Shown here one piece after another: positions 25,881 through 40,720 of a stretch of 64,000 bases of DNA (within the stretch, counting starts at the first letter, position 1; every line of letters begins with the position of its first letter). Source of the DNA: Mizuhopecten yessoensis. Lineage: Eukaryota. The notes under the pieces were generated by a model. It was not told the DNA's origin. It saw only the letters and a program-made list of their open reading frames with translations, and searched no databases. The stretch is taken from positions 1,376,062 to 1,440,061 of the forward strand of contig NW_018406397.1 in NCBI RefSeq assembly GCF_002113885.1, given 5' to 3'. Made by a program: the position numbers and the translations under genes.

Positions 25881-28800
25881 TTTAAGCATTGTTTGTTTGT
25901 CTTATTTTTTATTTTTTTTTATTTCTTTCATTTCATTTGTTTGTCATCAGACAATTGTTATGATCCCATTACGCGTAATTCTGAGGTTTGAAATTCAACA
26001 TTTCAACAATTCAACAGCTCTGAATAACTACACCAAGAGCTCCAGTTCTAATATCATTAACGAATATGTCAACTTATTAAAAGGGACAGTCGCCGTCATT
26101 TTGTTTTGTTTTAACAATTTATATGACATATTGTTATAAAAAGTACAATGTATTACGTTTAACGAATGACGTTTTACTCATTAATTCATAATGTCGTTTT
26201 ACAATGACAGATTGCTTTAGATTGCACCATGTACACGAAGACCAGTTCTCGTACTAGGAATGAAAATTCGCCACAACAAGAAATATTTTAATTACGAACA
26301 TTACCTAAGACGAAATCTCAACACCAATCAAGGACCAGAAGCTAGGCCCTGTCATTTCCTCCACGTGTATACGTAGCTGAGTGAGTGTTCATGGTTAACC
26401 AATTACCTTGCTACAGACACATCACATCTCCTGTTGGAACTCTCCCAGAATTAAAGTCCTGTTATCGTCACGTGTTTAGAATGAAATGTGTTGATTTTTA
26501 TCTTGGGCTTATGTTGACGACGCTTTCTAAACGACATAAATCGTAAGGATATTACTTTGTTATACATGTTGACAACGTAACCATGTTTAGAGATAGCACC
26601 AATTACAGACAAAAAATGTGCATGTCTCATCAGAACAAAACGGTATACGAGTGAGTACACCTGTACCAGAATCAGTCAAAACAGATGACGTCATAAGTCT
26701 ATGACAAATCGTGACTGAAAGAGTTCCCGTAGTTTAGGAACTACCCTTAGGAACTACCCTTGCACAAAGAGTTTAGAAATAACATGATAAAGATTGTACT
26801 TTTCAAAATGATCATTGAGAGGTTTTAATGTAAGAATTCTTAAAATATGTGTTAAAGTAAAAACTACCCAATAGCATTTAATACACACTTCCGGCTGGAA
26901 CCGGAAGACAAACCAGCAGACATGTGTTACTTGTGTCATGGCGTCACGCTGTGTCACAAAATTGCAATATTTTATATTTTATATCTTATCTCATTTGTAT
27001 GTATATGTATAAACGTATAGCACGTGGTGGTGTATGCAATTCAAGACGTCGTGCATTCTGGGAATGAAACTGGTAGAGGATAAAAAGTGTGTACCAACCA
27101 GTTCCCAATTCTCTTGTTGAATAAGCGACAATTGCTTGACGTTTGTGTTATATTCTGTGCGTCACAAATAAGTTACACACGAGGAAAACAACTAATACGC
27201 CTAAAACAAGGTTAAATACGATGAAATCTCTGGAAGAGTGTAAAACACCTTCAGCAATTACATGTTAGAATTTCATTCGATGTATTGTTTTCTCGAGCAC
27301 AAAGACCATTTTTGTAGGTCTAGGATTCTCAGTACAACTGTATGTATAGCTATACAAAATAATTCGTTTTTAATACATATTTGGAGGTGAGATACAGAAT
27401 TCAAACTCTCTGATAAAAGAGATTTCATTCGTTCAGTGAAATATACTAATTATAAATCAAATATTGTACCGTTGAAAGATTCAATATACGCAATGTACAA
27501 GACGGAGACTTTGCCGGCGTATTTCTTTACCGGAAGTGCCACTGTTAACCGGAAGTGCTTTTCTGTTCTCCGGAAGTAATTTTCCCCCATCTTGTTATAC
27601 GTATTATACATGTATATAACCAGGATGCATTGTAATACATGTTCGACTGATAATAAAACTGCTGCGGCCCGTTTGTTGTCTAGTAACACGCCGGTCTATC
27701 ATGGATTAACCATAAACTCGGACAGACTCACACAAACTGTTATCGCTCCAGGCTTACTGTATTTAGATTAGCGTTACCTCTAAAGCATTGGCGATTCTGA
27801 TGGGGAGACGATTTAGTTTCAATATGATTACAGAAATAAACCAGGGATCGTCCTCAAAGGAGGATATCTTACTTGAATCTACATTGTATTTGTGGCCACG
27901 GTATGGTAAGATGTACTAGTCAAACATAAACAACGATCTTTTCGTCTACCTCGGCTTTTTTATCCGTTCCTTCTTACGTTCCCCGATATTACGTGTATAG
28001 AATTACCCTGGCAAGGATAGCTAGAAATCGAGTTTGCTTGGACAAACTCCTTAAAAATATTAATTTGATGAACAAAATCTAAACTAAATAACATGTATAA
28101 AATATAAATGTTGTTACATGAAATATGTCGTCTACACAATATGTGTATTTACCATGTTTACGTATTCTTCCTTACACTCGCACTCTCCTCTACAAGTTGT
28201 CTTACCTGTGTATCGCTCGGAGGTCTGTTAGCAGGTAAACCCCGTCCCCCGGTCAGTAAGATACTCATTTGATATGTAACCATATACCTGTGGCCTCTTT
28301 ATATAACGTCTCTGGTTCTCACAACAAAGGATTATCCAATTCAATAAAACTTTCTTACGCCATATATTTAAAAATCTCTTCTTAATATTCCGATCACTTC
28401 AGCGATTGTTCCGCTATCTCCTCCGTTGAATTTTCACTTGATGTCAAATCCACTTTTGCTCTCTCGGAGTTTAATCGTGGGTAAAGTGAAAGGCACACAC
28501 CGTTTGTGCACTGTTCAAACAATATAGGGATGTCGGCTATTTACTAGCGTACGTTTACATGTATATACACAGTTTATATATTGTTTCAGATTGTCCAGAT
28601 GTGATTGCTCAAGAAACATCCAAATCACCTGCTTATATTATGAATACACGTCCAAATATTTTCACTGTTCCTATGTGTGCTTTAAGACACTGGCCATTCA
28701 CTATTTTTTTTAACAGTGGACAGTAGATGGCCGAAATATGTCTGTGTACTGTTTGACCAGATGAGCAGTAAACTCTGTCCTACAGCGGACTGTCTAGGGT

Positions 28801-30013
28801 CAACATACCACAATTACCATACGGTGTAAAACCTCAGACAACGGTTTGTACACAAATGATAGATTTTGCTTTTCATTGCCAATACAAACTGTGGAAAGTT
28901 TTTAAAGCCCAATAAACAATGGAGCGTAACCCTTGTACATATTACCTCATTGTGTTTTCGTCTATACGGAACCTGTAATTCGGAGATTAGCGTGACGAAA
29001 ACTTGATCACCTATAGCAGAAAGCTTGAGTGGTCAATGGCTATTGAAATCCGCTCGCTTCTATTGTCGGCGATACACAAGTCGGGGGATTAAAGGGGAAA
29101 CATAGTACTCTGACCTGTTGTGACAAACAAACAATGCTTTATAAACCAATCGAGATTTTTCTCTATCACTAATATCATATACATAACGGTTATAATTCCC
29201 ACCGCATGGTAATGTAACGTTGTACGTATGTATTTGTAGAGAGCAGGCAGGTAATTGAGCAATGCAATGTACTTGATTCAAAGAGCAACACAACGAACCC
29301 TTCTCAATACCAGGTACTGAACTGTTCTCAAGACCACACTTAAACAGTTACGAATATTAAAAAAACATGAAACCCTTATTTTAATATTAGTAATAGAATT
29401 CCAGAAGAAGAAAAAAGAACGAAACGGGGTAGTGACAAAAAAAAATCGACCTTCATCTCCTTTGCATATTTCCCAATTATAATTATGATGGCCACCGTAC
29501 CACTTGTCAACAGTATTCATCAACATCACGGCATCTTTGGACTTCTTCGACTTGTAAACACTGCAGATTGGGGGAGAAGGGACGTTATTTTCAAGAAAAA
29601 GAAAAGCTTTCGACCGTTAACTCGAAATCGTGCCGTTTATCGTACAGTAGTAATCCGTCCCTGTTTGTCATGTTTTGAGATAATCGGCTGAAGTAAAGTA
29701 GTGTCTAGTGTCCTTGATTTTAACCTCTGAAAGGTACATGTATATATTCGATCTACTGGTCAATGAATAAAGTTAGGTTAGCAACCTTACAGCAACACTT
29801 GACATCTTCAATGGACAGGATACTAGAAATTCTATATGAAAAGCGATGCTAGAAATTTTATATGAAAAGCGATACTAGAAATGTTATAGGAATAGCGATA
29901 CTACATGTACAAATTTTATATGGATAGGGATAAGATACCAAAAATTCTTATATGGACAACATACAAGAATTTGAACATGAACTGCAATACCAGAATTTGA
30001 TCATAGACTGCAT

Positions 30014-32647
30014 TACCAGAATGTTAACATGGACTGCAATACTGTACCAGAATGTTAACATGGACTGCAATACTGTACCAGAATGTTAACATGGACTGCA
30101 ATACTGTACCAGAATGTTAACATGGACTGCAATACTGTACCAGAATGTTAACATGGACTGCAATACTGTACCAGAATGTTAACATGGACTGCAATACTGT
30201 ACCAGAATGTTAACATGGACTGCAATACTGTACCAGAATGTTAACATGGACTGCAATACTGTACCAGAATGTTAACATGGACTGCAATACTGTACCAGAA
30301 TGTTAACATGGACTGCAATACTGTACCAGAATGTTAACATGGACTGCAATACTGTACCAGAATGTTAACATGGACTGCAATACTGTACCAGAATGTTAAC
30401 ATGGACTGCAATACTGTACCAGAATGTTAACATGGACTGCAATACTGTACCAGAATGTTAACATGGACTGCAATACTGTACCAGAATGTTAACATGGACT
30501 GCAATACTGTACCAGAATGTTAACATGGACTGCAATACTGTACCAGAATGTTAACATGGACTGCAATACTGTACCAGAATGTTAACATGGACTGCAATAC
30601 TGTACCAGAATGTTAACATGGACTGCAATACTGTACCAGAATGTTAACATGGACTGCAATACTGTACCAGAATGTTAACATGGACTGCAATACTGTACCA
30701 GAATGTTAACATGGACTGCAATACTGTACCAGAATGTTAACATGGACTGCAATACTGTACCAGAATGTTAACATGGACTGCAATACTGTACCAGAATGTT
30801 AACATGGACTGCAATACTGTACCAGAATGTTAACATGGACTGCAATACTGTACCAGAATGTTAACATGGACTGCAATACTGTACCAGAATGTTAACATGG
30901 ACTGCAATACTGTACCAGAATGTTAACATGGACTGCAATACTGTACCAGAATGTTAACATGGACTGCAATACTGTACCAGAATGTTAACATGGACTGCAA
31001 TACTGTACCAGAATGTTAACATGGACTGCAATACTGTACCAGAATGTTAACATGGACTGCAATACTGTACCAGAATGTTAACATGGACTGCAATACTGTA
31101 CCAGAATGTTAACATGGACTGCAATACTGTACCAGAATGTTAACATGGACTGCAATACTGTACCAGAATGTTAACATGGACTGCAATACTGTACCAGAAT
31201 GTTAACATGGACTGCAATACTGTACCAGAATGTTAACATGGACTGCAATACTGTACCAGAATGTTAACATGGACTGCAATACTGTACCAGAATGTTAACA
31301 TGGACTGCAATACTGTACCAGAATGTTAACATGGACTGCAATACTGTACCAGAATGTTAACATGGACTGCAATACTGTACCAGAATGTTAACATGGACTG
31401 CAATACTGTACCAGAATGTTAACATGGACTGCAATACTGTACCAGAATGTTAACATGGACTGCAATACTGTACCAGAATGTTAACATGGACTGCAATACT
31501 GTACCAGAATGTTAACATGGACTGCAATACTGTACCAGAATGTTAACATGGACTGCAATACTGTACCAGAATGTTAACATGGACTGCAATACTGTACCAG
31601 AATGTTAACATGGACTGCAATACTGTACCAGAATGTTAACATGGACTGCAATACTGTACCAGAATGTTAACATGGACTGCAATACTGTACCAGAATGTTA
31701 ACATGGACTGCAATACTGTACCAGAATGTTAACATGGACTGCAATACTGTACCAGAATGTTAACATGGACTGCAATACTGTACCAGAATGTTAACATGGA
31801 CTGCAATACTGTACCAGAATGTTAACATGGACTGCAATACTGTACCAGAATGTTAACATGGACTGCAATACTGTACCAGAATGTTAACATGGACTGCAAT
31901 ACTGTACCAGAATGTTAACATGGACTGCAATACTGTACCAGAATGTTAACATGGACTGCAATACTGTACCAGAATGTTAACATGGACTGCAATACTGTAC
32001 CAGAATGTTAACATGGACTGCAATACTGTACCAGAATGTTAACATGGACTGCAATACTGTACCAGAATGTTAACATGGACTGCAATACTGTACCAGAATG
32101 TTAACATGGACTGCAATACTGTACCAGAATGTTAACATGGACTGCAATACTGTACCAGAATGTTAACATGGACTGCAATACTGTACCAGAATGTTAACAT
32201 GGACTGCAATACTGTACCAGAATGTTAACATGGACTGCAATACTGTACCAGAATGTTAACATGGACTGCAATACTGTACCAGAATGTTAACATGGACTGC
32301 AATACTGTACCAGAATGTTAACATGGACTGCAATACTGTACCAGAATGTTAACATGGACTGCAATACTGTACCAGAATGTTAACATGGACTGCAATACTG
32401 TACCAGAATGTTAACATGGACTGCAATACTGTACCAGAATGTTAACATGGACTGCAATACTGTACCAGAATGTTAACATGGACTGCAATACTGTACCAGA
32501 ATGTTAACATGGACTGCAATACTGTACCAGAATGTTAACATGGACTTCAATACTGTACCAGAATGTTAACATGGACTGCAATACTGTCCCAGAATGTTAA
32601 CATGGACTGCAATACTGTACCAGAATGTTAACATGGACTGCAATACT
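30014..32647. repeat. Near-perfect 31-bp tandem array (taccagaatgttaacatggactgcaatactg), about 85 copies
   Basis: Exact 31-bp period. I found only two substitutions, near 32546 and 32588. There are no spacers. Confidence 0.98.
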
Positions 32648-33777
32648 AGAACTCTAACATCGACAGCGGTACTAAATATTTTACATGGACAACAAGTCAG
32701 TACCCCAAACACACCATATTTAATGTAGACAGTGAAACTAAAACCCTTTAAAAGCTCGAGAAGTTAAGAAATAAGAGGAGGAAAATGACGGAGCGATATT
32801 GGCCGAAACGGATAGTCGCGTATACATCAATGTGTACAAGCTTTTTTACCCAGTGCTTAAAGTTTGATTAAGCTTTTAAGAACGATATAACGTACAGATT
32901 CGGTAAATGTCTGTACCTGGTGAAAGTTAATTAACTATTAAAGGTGTGCCCTATTAACAGCAGGTGTTCAGTTCGTGTTTACCGGATCTAATTCCATTGT
33001 ATGACCAGTAATGAGGCCAGAATTCATTGCAACTACAAATGTATACAACGCCCCAGCATACTGACCAATCTAACAAATTGTGACCTGTTTTTCCCATTTC
33101 ATTAAATCTTGTTTTGTTCATTTATGGCATGTTCTGACAATACAAAAACAGTATTGATATGCATCACAACGGTAGGTCTAATTTTGTCCGTATAGTTTAC
33201 CAGTTCCAGACCATAAATTAGTGATGACCTGCAGTAAACAAACCAATACTACACTTACAATTAAAACATTCTCTATAACAGGTAGCTAAGTGGCTTGTTG
33301 TCCGATGTATCATAGCAATACATAGACGTTCTTTGAATAGTGTGTAAACAAATACACAATAGAAATATGTAATGCAAAATAAAAATAGCATTAAATTGAA
33401 AACTTATTTTTTATTTATTTTAGAAAGAAATTAAATGATTATGTTGTCAAAATTGTGTATGATTTAGCAGATTTAATAACGTCCTTTAATGGTATTGATT
33501 CGAATCTGTTAGCATGTGCAAAAAAATGAATGAATAAATGGTCTAAATTAAGACAAGCTGCGTGTATTGATAGAAGACTAGATAATTAAAAGTACCATTA
33601 ATATTTTAAAACCGATTCTTATAGAAGCCGTAAATGCCACTGGAGATAATTTTATGTTATAATTGCAATAAAGCTTACAGGCAATTACAACTCAATATAT
33701 CATACTTACGAATTAATGATTAATTCACGTGACACTCACCGGTGTTCGCTTATATGATAAATTATATGAATCTTCTA

Positions 33778-34130
33778 GGGGAAACGGTAGTCTAATGGTG
33801 GGACGCCGGGCTCGTGGCCAAAGGGTTACAAGTTCGAGTCACCGCACGGCACTGTGATGTATCTTTGAGCAAGATGCTTTACACTGCTTGTTCCAGTCTA
33901 CTCAGCTGTAAATGAGCAATTGGTTGGGCAGTGCTAGAAATGTAGAATGGTAGCTAGCTGTGAGTGCCGAAATGGCAGCACCGGCTGTAAGCTCCCTAGA
34001 GAGTTGAGAAAGATATTGGCTGGTTGCAAAGGCCCTATAACCACGGATTATAATGTGTGATCTGCTTGGAGACGACCTACGAACAAGGTTGTAATAAAGC
34101 GGTATATAAAAACCTCGAATTATTATTATT
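33778..34130 (+). mobile_element. Full-length tRNA-derived CORE-type SINE with LINE2-like tail
   Basis: A box tagtctaatgg and B box agttcgagtc. CORE-like tgtgatgtatctttgagcaagatgctttac...ctactcagctgtaaatgag. Tail aaagcggtatataaaa...(tta)n. Confidence 0.8.
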
Positions 34131-35084
34131 TTTCTTTTCTTTTAACAGAGAGAAAATTGTTAACGGACAAGATCGGAGTTAATTTAAAAAGACAACAGTA
34201 ATTATTGAGGTATAAAAAACAAAAGAAAAACTTTCGGAACACCAACAAAGTATCCTCTGATCTTTTCCACTCTCCGGAAAATACAATTACACCAAAGAGC
34301 GCAGCCTAGCGGAGAGAAATGATACTACGACAGGTAACCCAATCTAATTTATGTTCTTAATGATAACTTCACTCGTATAAAACAAGTCGATGAAGGTTCA
34401 TGATTCCGAAGCAACGAAGTGATTTAGAGTACAGTCCATATGGTCCATGTAAAATATTACATTGATGATACAAATCCATTTAAACCATTGAACGCCCATT
34501 CCGCACGCTTATAAGGGGAAAGACATGTAAAATGCATTTAAGAACGATACAAGGGGTTTTCAATACTCCGGAAAACCGTTATGCAAAAGCAGTATCATTA
34601 CAATTCGGATTAATGGGTATCCGGATTAGTACGATATTGCTAGGCCTACTGAGTCTTCGTTGTCAGATCGGTAACGTGTCGATAGTATGTACAATACACG
34701 TTATAATGGGGAAACCTATTTGGTTGGTTAGTTATTCATTAGTCCATTCAGGGTTTTATTATGATGTTCAAAAGGATATTATTGAACTCATGCCCTTTTA
34801 ACGTCCTGGCCGTCTCGTACAAACCACCTACTATGATTACAAGTACATTAAGTGCATCGAATATACACAAAGAGTAGCAAAATATCCAAACATGACGTGT
34901 CCTTTTTCCAGGACAATTTCATCAATTTCCGAACATTTAAAATCTGTAAATGCTTCCCGAATGTAAATGAGCAGGATTGCTCACTAAACATGTCATTTAA
35001 ATTAACTATTAAACTAAAGAAAATGGCCCCTTTCAAATGTTCGGTACATTGAAACTATACAAACAGGACTTTTAAAATGTATGG

Positions 35085-35845
35085 TTAGCTTTGTCGTCAT
35101 GAACGCTTAGCTGTAACTATATAGTTGTTAGGACTGCTCTGTTGTAACTGGTGTTAGTTTGGCTATTAGGATGACTTTATATAAGAGGTTTACTCTGCTG
35201 TACCTGTCAGATAAGCTTTGCCAGAAGGACATGATAGGAAGATTCCTTTTCTGTAACTGAAAGACAAGCTTTTTTTTAGGACTACTGGCCTAAAAGGTTA
35301 GTTTTATTTGTTGAACTGCGTGTGCTGTAACTGGGCTAAGCTTTATTATGAGGACTGCTTGACTGTAACAGGAGTAAGAATTTGTCAGGATGACTGCTTT
35401 GCTGTAACTGGGGGTAAGCTTTGTGTTTAGGACTACTATCCTGTAACTGGGGTAAGCTTTCTCATGAAGACAACTTAGCTGTAACTGGGGTAAGCTTTGT
35501 CATGAGGACTACTTTGTTGTAATTGGGCTAATCTTTGCCATCAGGACTACTTTGCTGTAACTGGGGTAGGCTTAGTCATGATACCTACTTGGCCGTTACT
35601 TAGGTAAGATTTGTTATTTGTTATGCAGACTGCTTTCCTGTAACTGGGGTAAGCTTTGTCATGAGGACTACTTTGCTGTATCTAAATGGTAAGCTTTGCC
35701 ATTTGGAATGTTTTTCTTCAACGAAAGAACCAGTTTGTTCATTAGGAATTCTTTGCTGTAACGAAAGGGTAAGCTTTGCCAATAGGTCTGTTCGGTGTGA
35801 CTATATGGCTAACTTTGCCATCGCCGCTGCTCGGCTGTAACGGTT
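35085..35845. repeat. Degenerate ~38-bp minisatellite (ctgtaactggggtaagctttgtcatgaggactactttg), about 20 copies
   Basis: Recurring ctgtaact...taagctttg, with best-preserved units at 35400-35680. Confidence 0.85.
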
Positions 35846-38800
35846 TGCTATTGAGACTAGTTACATGTAGTATACATTATATGGCAAGTTTTGTCATTAA
35901 TTTCATAATTTTTGCTTTAATCTTTAATAAAAAAAAATCAATTTGTAAACGTCCAGAATATGTCTAGTGCATGTGAACTTGAAAAAAAGGGTGGTATATC
36001 CCTTTTAAATACTACCTGTCACCAGCATGACGGATACAAATACTTTTAAGTCCTTAAACACTTAAATGGTCATAAAACCTTGGGACATGTTTATTAGGTA
36101 GTATTAGGAAGTAAATCTCGTGGAAGGATATTAGGGATGTTTACGTCTTTTGACCGAAGCTTGACAGTCGTGAGATTGTATTCCTGGCCATGACCCCTCC
36201 TTAACGCGAAGGAGTGTTTACATAATTGTATACATGAACTAAATGATTTCGATGTTATATTCTGGCATTTATTAGCCTTTGAGATATTGCCGTGTTATAA
36301 ACGAGTTTATTATAAGTAATATCTTTTTATTTTCAAAATTAAATTAAATCTGAAAACATTACGGTCGTTTTTGAGTGACGTTATAAATTTTCCTAATTTC
36401 ATTTGCTAAATATTCATTATTTCTTAATTAAATCTTTAAACTAGGTGTCATATTCAAGTGAAATTTAAAGCTAATGTTTAAAGAACAATTAATCGACATA
36501 GTTGTCTTGGTGTAAAACCTACTTTGTCCGTATAATTTGAAATTTAAGTTTTGTTTTATAGAACTTTTTACGGTTATGGGTGCCCTTTAAAATCGAGTAG
36601 TCTCTAGCTATGCAATAAAATACATAAGTGGCAATTTTCTTTGCAAAAAGTCTGATGTTTTGAGTCATCAAAAATTATTTTTTTAATTTTGAACAAAATC
36701 TATATTCCTAAAAGCACTTTAAAATTGAACCTTTTGCCTTCCTCTTGACTTCACAATGCATTAAAACTTGTACCTTCGTATTTAAATGACAGTTCTGTAA
36801 AATGTCAATATGTACACAGGAGCCCTTAAACACGGGTTTTGTTACTCTTTATTGACTGAACGTTTGAAAATGAGAAAAAATAGGTATAAGTGTAAAGAGT
36901 GCACCTGATTAAGATCTAAAGGTTTGACGAGTCTTGTTTATTCCAGTCAAGTGTGTAGTGGAGGATAGGCGATTGTCAACCGTTATTTTCCTAACAATAA
37001 ATCTAACGCTATTGTACCGAAAATAATTTACCTGGACATGAAAACACTGTGACATTAATTACATGTCTTGCATGATATTAAAACTTGTTTTCTGTCAACA
37101 AAACGTTACTGACGATTTTCACACGTGAGCTTCGTAACATAATTTGTACATGCAAGAAAGCAAGGATCCGCCAAAACTATTTATTGCATTTAAATATGAT
37201 TGGTTGATTGCAGGCGCGGACCAAATTAATTGATTTTTTACATGATATTTAGTAATACGTTTCCTTTTAGCAAATGAAAAATTAAAGTTTTTGAAACTCG
37301 CCATTATCTGTTTCAACAGTTCTTTGAAACTTGAAAAATAGCACCGTTATAATTTTGAAATAAATGCAACGGCGTTATGAGATAATTTATTTTTTTAATA
37401 AATTCTGGTTCTCGAACGCCTGTGTTAGTTGTTGACACACTGGTACATCAATGCCTGCACATGCACAAAGCAGTGGTATACAAGTACTATAGACACCGGT
37501 TCATTAACTTCAAAGTCCCGTGTTGTTTACATGTGAACCAATTATCACTGTGTATGTACTTAAGTATAAAGCCGACATTTTGATAATTCAACAAGGACGT
37601 CTTGGTGGGGTTCCCTCTCATGTCCATATGTACTGCACTTCACGTACTATCATTAAACATTCGGCCCTATCTCGTAATGCCGCGCCTTTATTAAACTCTG
37701 AAAACAAATAGAAGGTTGACTCTCAAAAGTGCAATAACCTTCTAGATCCAGTTGAACAAACTTCATCCAGCCTATATCGGGTCAAATATTCAGATTCAGT
37801 TTTTTGAAAAGTATATTCAGAAATTAGAATAATGTTTATGTGAATTCCAGGAGGGTAATCATTTTGAATCCCAGGAATACACATGTATATTATGTTTTTC
37901 TAACAGACTACACCAATTCAAAATTCACATGAATGTAAATAGGCTTTGGAGCTTATACAACAAGGTCCAGTAAAAGTTCCCCGTCCAACGACCAAAAATC
38001 GGGTCAAGGCCGGGCTCTGAACTCTGGACCTCGGATCCCTATACGCTAGCCCTAGTTAACCAGATCCGCAGTAGTTTCATAGTCCAGCCCTACTACCCTT
38101 ACATCAAAAACCAAATTAATTGGGGTGTCTGCGTGTATGAAAAACTACCGTAGAATTCTCTAGTAGAGATATCAGATGAAAAAATAGTTCTACCATCCAT
38201 TATGGTAGACTTGTCCTTGCAAATGAAACGCGAGAGATGATTAACATTTGTTAACTGTTATTGTAAAGAGATTCTACAGAACGGTCTTATTGTGTATCCA
38301 CAGAACGTATTTAAACTCTCATATGCCAAACATTTTCAGCGTTAAGATGGTAAAACGAAACTAAATCAAAATCGATATTTGTAAATGTAATATTACCAAA
38401 TTGGCTTTAGATAGCTCTAGGAAAAGAGATAAATCTTTATGTAAGAGCGTAAAAATTATGGCTTCTTCTGGCAGATACAAATGAAAATTTAATCAATATT
38501 ACTATAAAATCGGCGTTATTTATACTACCGCGCAAGGACCCGTAGTTTATGATGCAACGCCCACTCACTTTCGGTTAAAAAATTACAAAATATGAATGGA
38601 CAATTAACTTTTACGTATAATACTCCATGGACTGTTACGGGAATGGTATCTGAGTCGAGTGTTGTGATTTATTTCATTTAAAGCCCTTGTTATTGATATA
38701 AAAAAGCAGTCCGTAGCTATGAAAGGGAGAGTCTCATTGCAACCCTGACCTGGAGACACAGAAACAAACTAATCCTGCATGTAATTGCGGACACATATAG

Positions 38801-39789
38801 GCACGTCGGTGATCAGGAGATGGGAGTATGACTCACCGTTCTAACGAGATTTCTACAGGCAGACTTAACATTATAAATTGTTCCACACCTAGATCGAACA
38901 ATTTAGCATCAATACCACGATTAATTACAAATCTATACAACTCGGTCGATCTCTTTCGCATTTAAATGTATGAAGTGACAGCAACGCTCACATACAACAA
39001 ACCAAAAGATCGTTTACATGAAATAAAATAGCATTACCTAACGCGGTTCCAGAGGCAATATGCTTTAAATCAACAAATATATAATATATTTTAATGTTCA
39101 TGGTACGCACAAAAGCTGTTTTTGATATCTATCCGATTCTAATTTCAATTTTAATCAGATAACTAATTATTATAACGGGTTTCTATTTGTACCTGTATAA
39201 ACTGTAACCTGCTCTGGGGTTTTGATCAGGTTACTAGGGTGTAAGTTTGATGTCAGCGAACAGGTAAGGAGTAGAAACGTAAGGCGCAGTATACAGTGAG
39301 GCGATTATGGGAGTTGAACAAATGGGGCATGTACATGTACGTATATGTACGTTTGGAGCCTTTGAAAGGTATTTCCTCTAACCATATTGTTACGTACAAT
39401 ATGAAAAAGTGAGTGTTATATTTCTTTATCTTACTATGAATTCCATATTATCATCAAAGAAGAAACGAAATGTTACCGGTATGATGAGAGCGGCTGTAGC
39501 GCCAACAAGTACAGCAATATTATATATATTATTGATCGTACAAAAAATAAACAAGTATCCGATACGATCGCCCCAGCAAAACCCAACATTATCACAGACT
39601 AATCCTGTCCCTACCCCGGAACGGAGATAGTGGGAGGGAAATAATCCCATTGCACCAAATGACATAAACTAGCTTATATATATCAAACATTCTCTGGTGC
39701 TTGGACCCAATTAAGACATACTTGTATTTATTTAAGGGTGTTGCAAAATGCTCTTATGCCATCACTGATTAACATGAAAGGCACATAGG

Positions 39790-40720
39790 AATAATAAAAG
39801 GGGGATGTCTAAGGGTCACCGAATTCCGCGTCGAGTCGCAGACAAATGCCCAGATGGTGTGCAATGATCTTAATTCATTTGATAGACCTCACGGATTGAA
39901 ATGTCATTGTTCCTGGATGAATGTCGATTCAGATAAAAAAAAAAAATGGGAACAACTTCGCATTGTACGAAGGTGTATTGTAGGTTACAAGCGAAAGAGA
40001 GCTCGCTGGGATTTGTGCCCTGTGAAAGCATATTACTTGGCGAGACAATATGTGACAACATTATCACGCTTACGGTGATAGTATTGCACAAACATAAGGA
40101 CAATTCACACCACACTGCATGGAATCTTTCAAACAACTTACTAGTATTTTTCAAGGATTCACCAAAATCCAGTGAAAGCTTGAACAATCTAACCGTGAAA
40201 TCGATGCTCGTAAGACACAACGGAGACTAATTAAAGAAAACAACAACCAAAATCTTTTGCAAAAAGTCTGGTAAAGAAAATTAAAAGTCCCACAAGGTTG
40301 ATCAAATATACAAATCCCCGAGGAATCCCTCTTGGACTGTCTGGAGGCGATTGGTACTTAAGAGTGTAATTGGGAGGGCAAATCAATGATGGAAGCTCAA
40401 GGACACGTATTGCGGATGCTACAGTACATTAATCGCCTGATCCCTTAAGGTTGTACGGTTCTTTGTTCTGAGCACCAAGGTTCTGCGCTTTACATTGTAT
40501 ATATGAGTTTTACATGGTCCATATTTGAAAGACGTAATTGTTATTGCAAGAGAAAATGAGAGTAATTTTGATAATGTGTTTGCAAAGTCGAAGCAAATGG
40601 TGGTCGTCGCAAGCTCCAGTTCATTAGATCAACCAAGGTGGTGTTGACGTCCACCACAGAGGAGTAAAACCCAAACGAACAACCTACATATCATTTGTGT
40701 TGCAACTACCGTAGTTCCCT
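39790..40720 (+). pseudogene. Decayed hAT-family transposase fragment (PRKRIR/THAP12/ZMYM1-like group)
   Basis: Frameshifted peptides appear in the expected order: EFRVES, FLDE...EQLRIVRR, ESSLGFVPCESILLGETICDNII, VFFKDSPK, LLDCLEAIG*ECNWEGKSMMEAQG and FAKSKQM...PRWC*RPPQRS. There are multiple stops and deletions. Confidence 0.7.

Noticed and set aside
30014-32647. 31-bp perfect repeats as a CRISPR array
   Set aside because: The units are directly adjacent with no unique spacers, there are no cas genes, and the context is eukaryotic.
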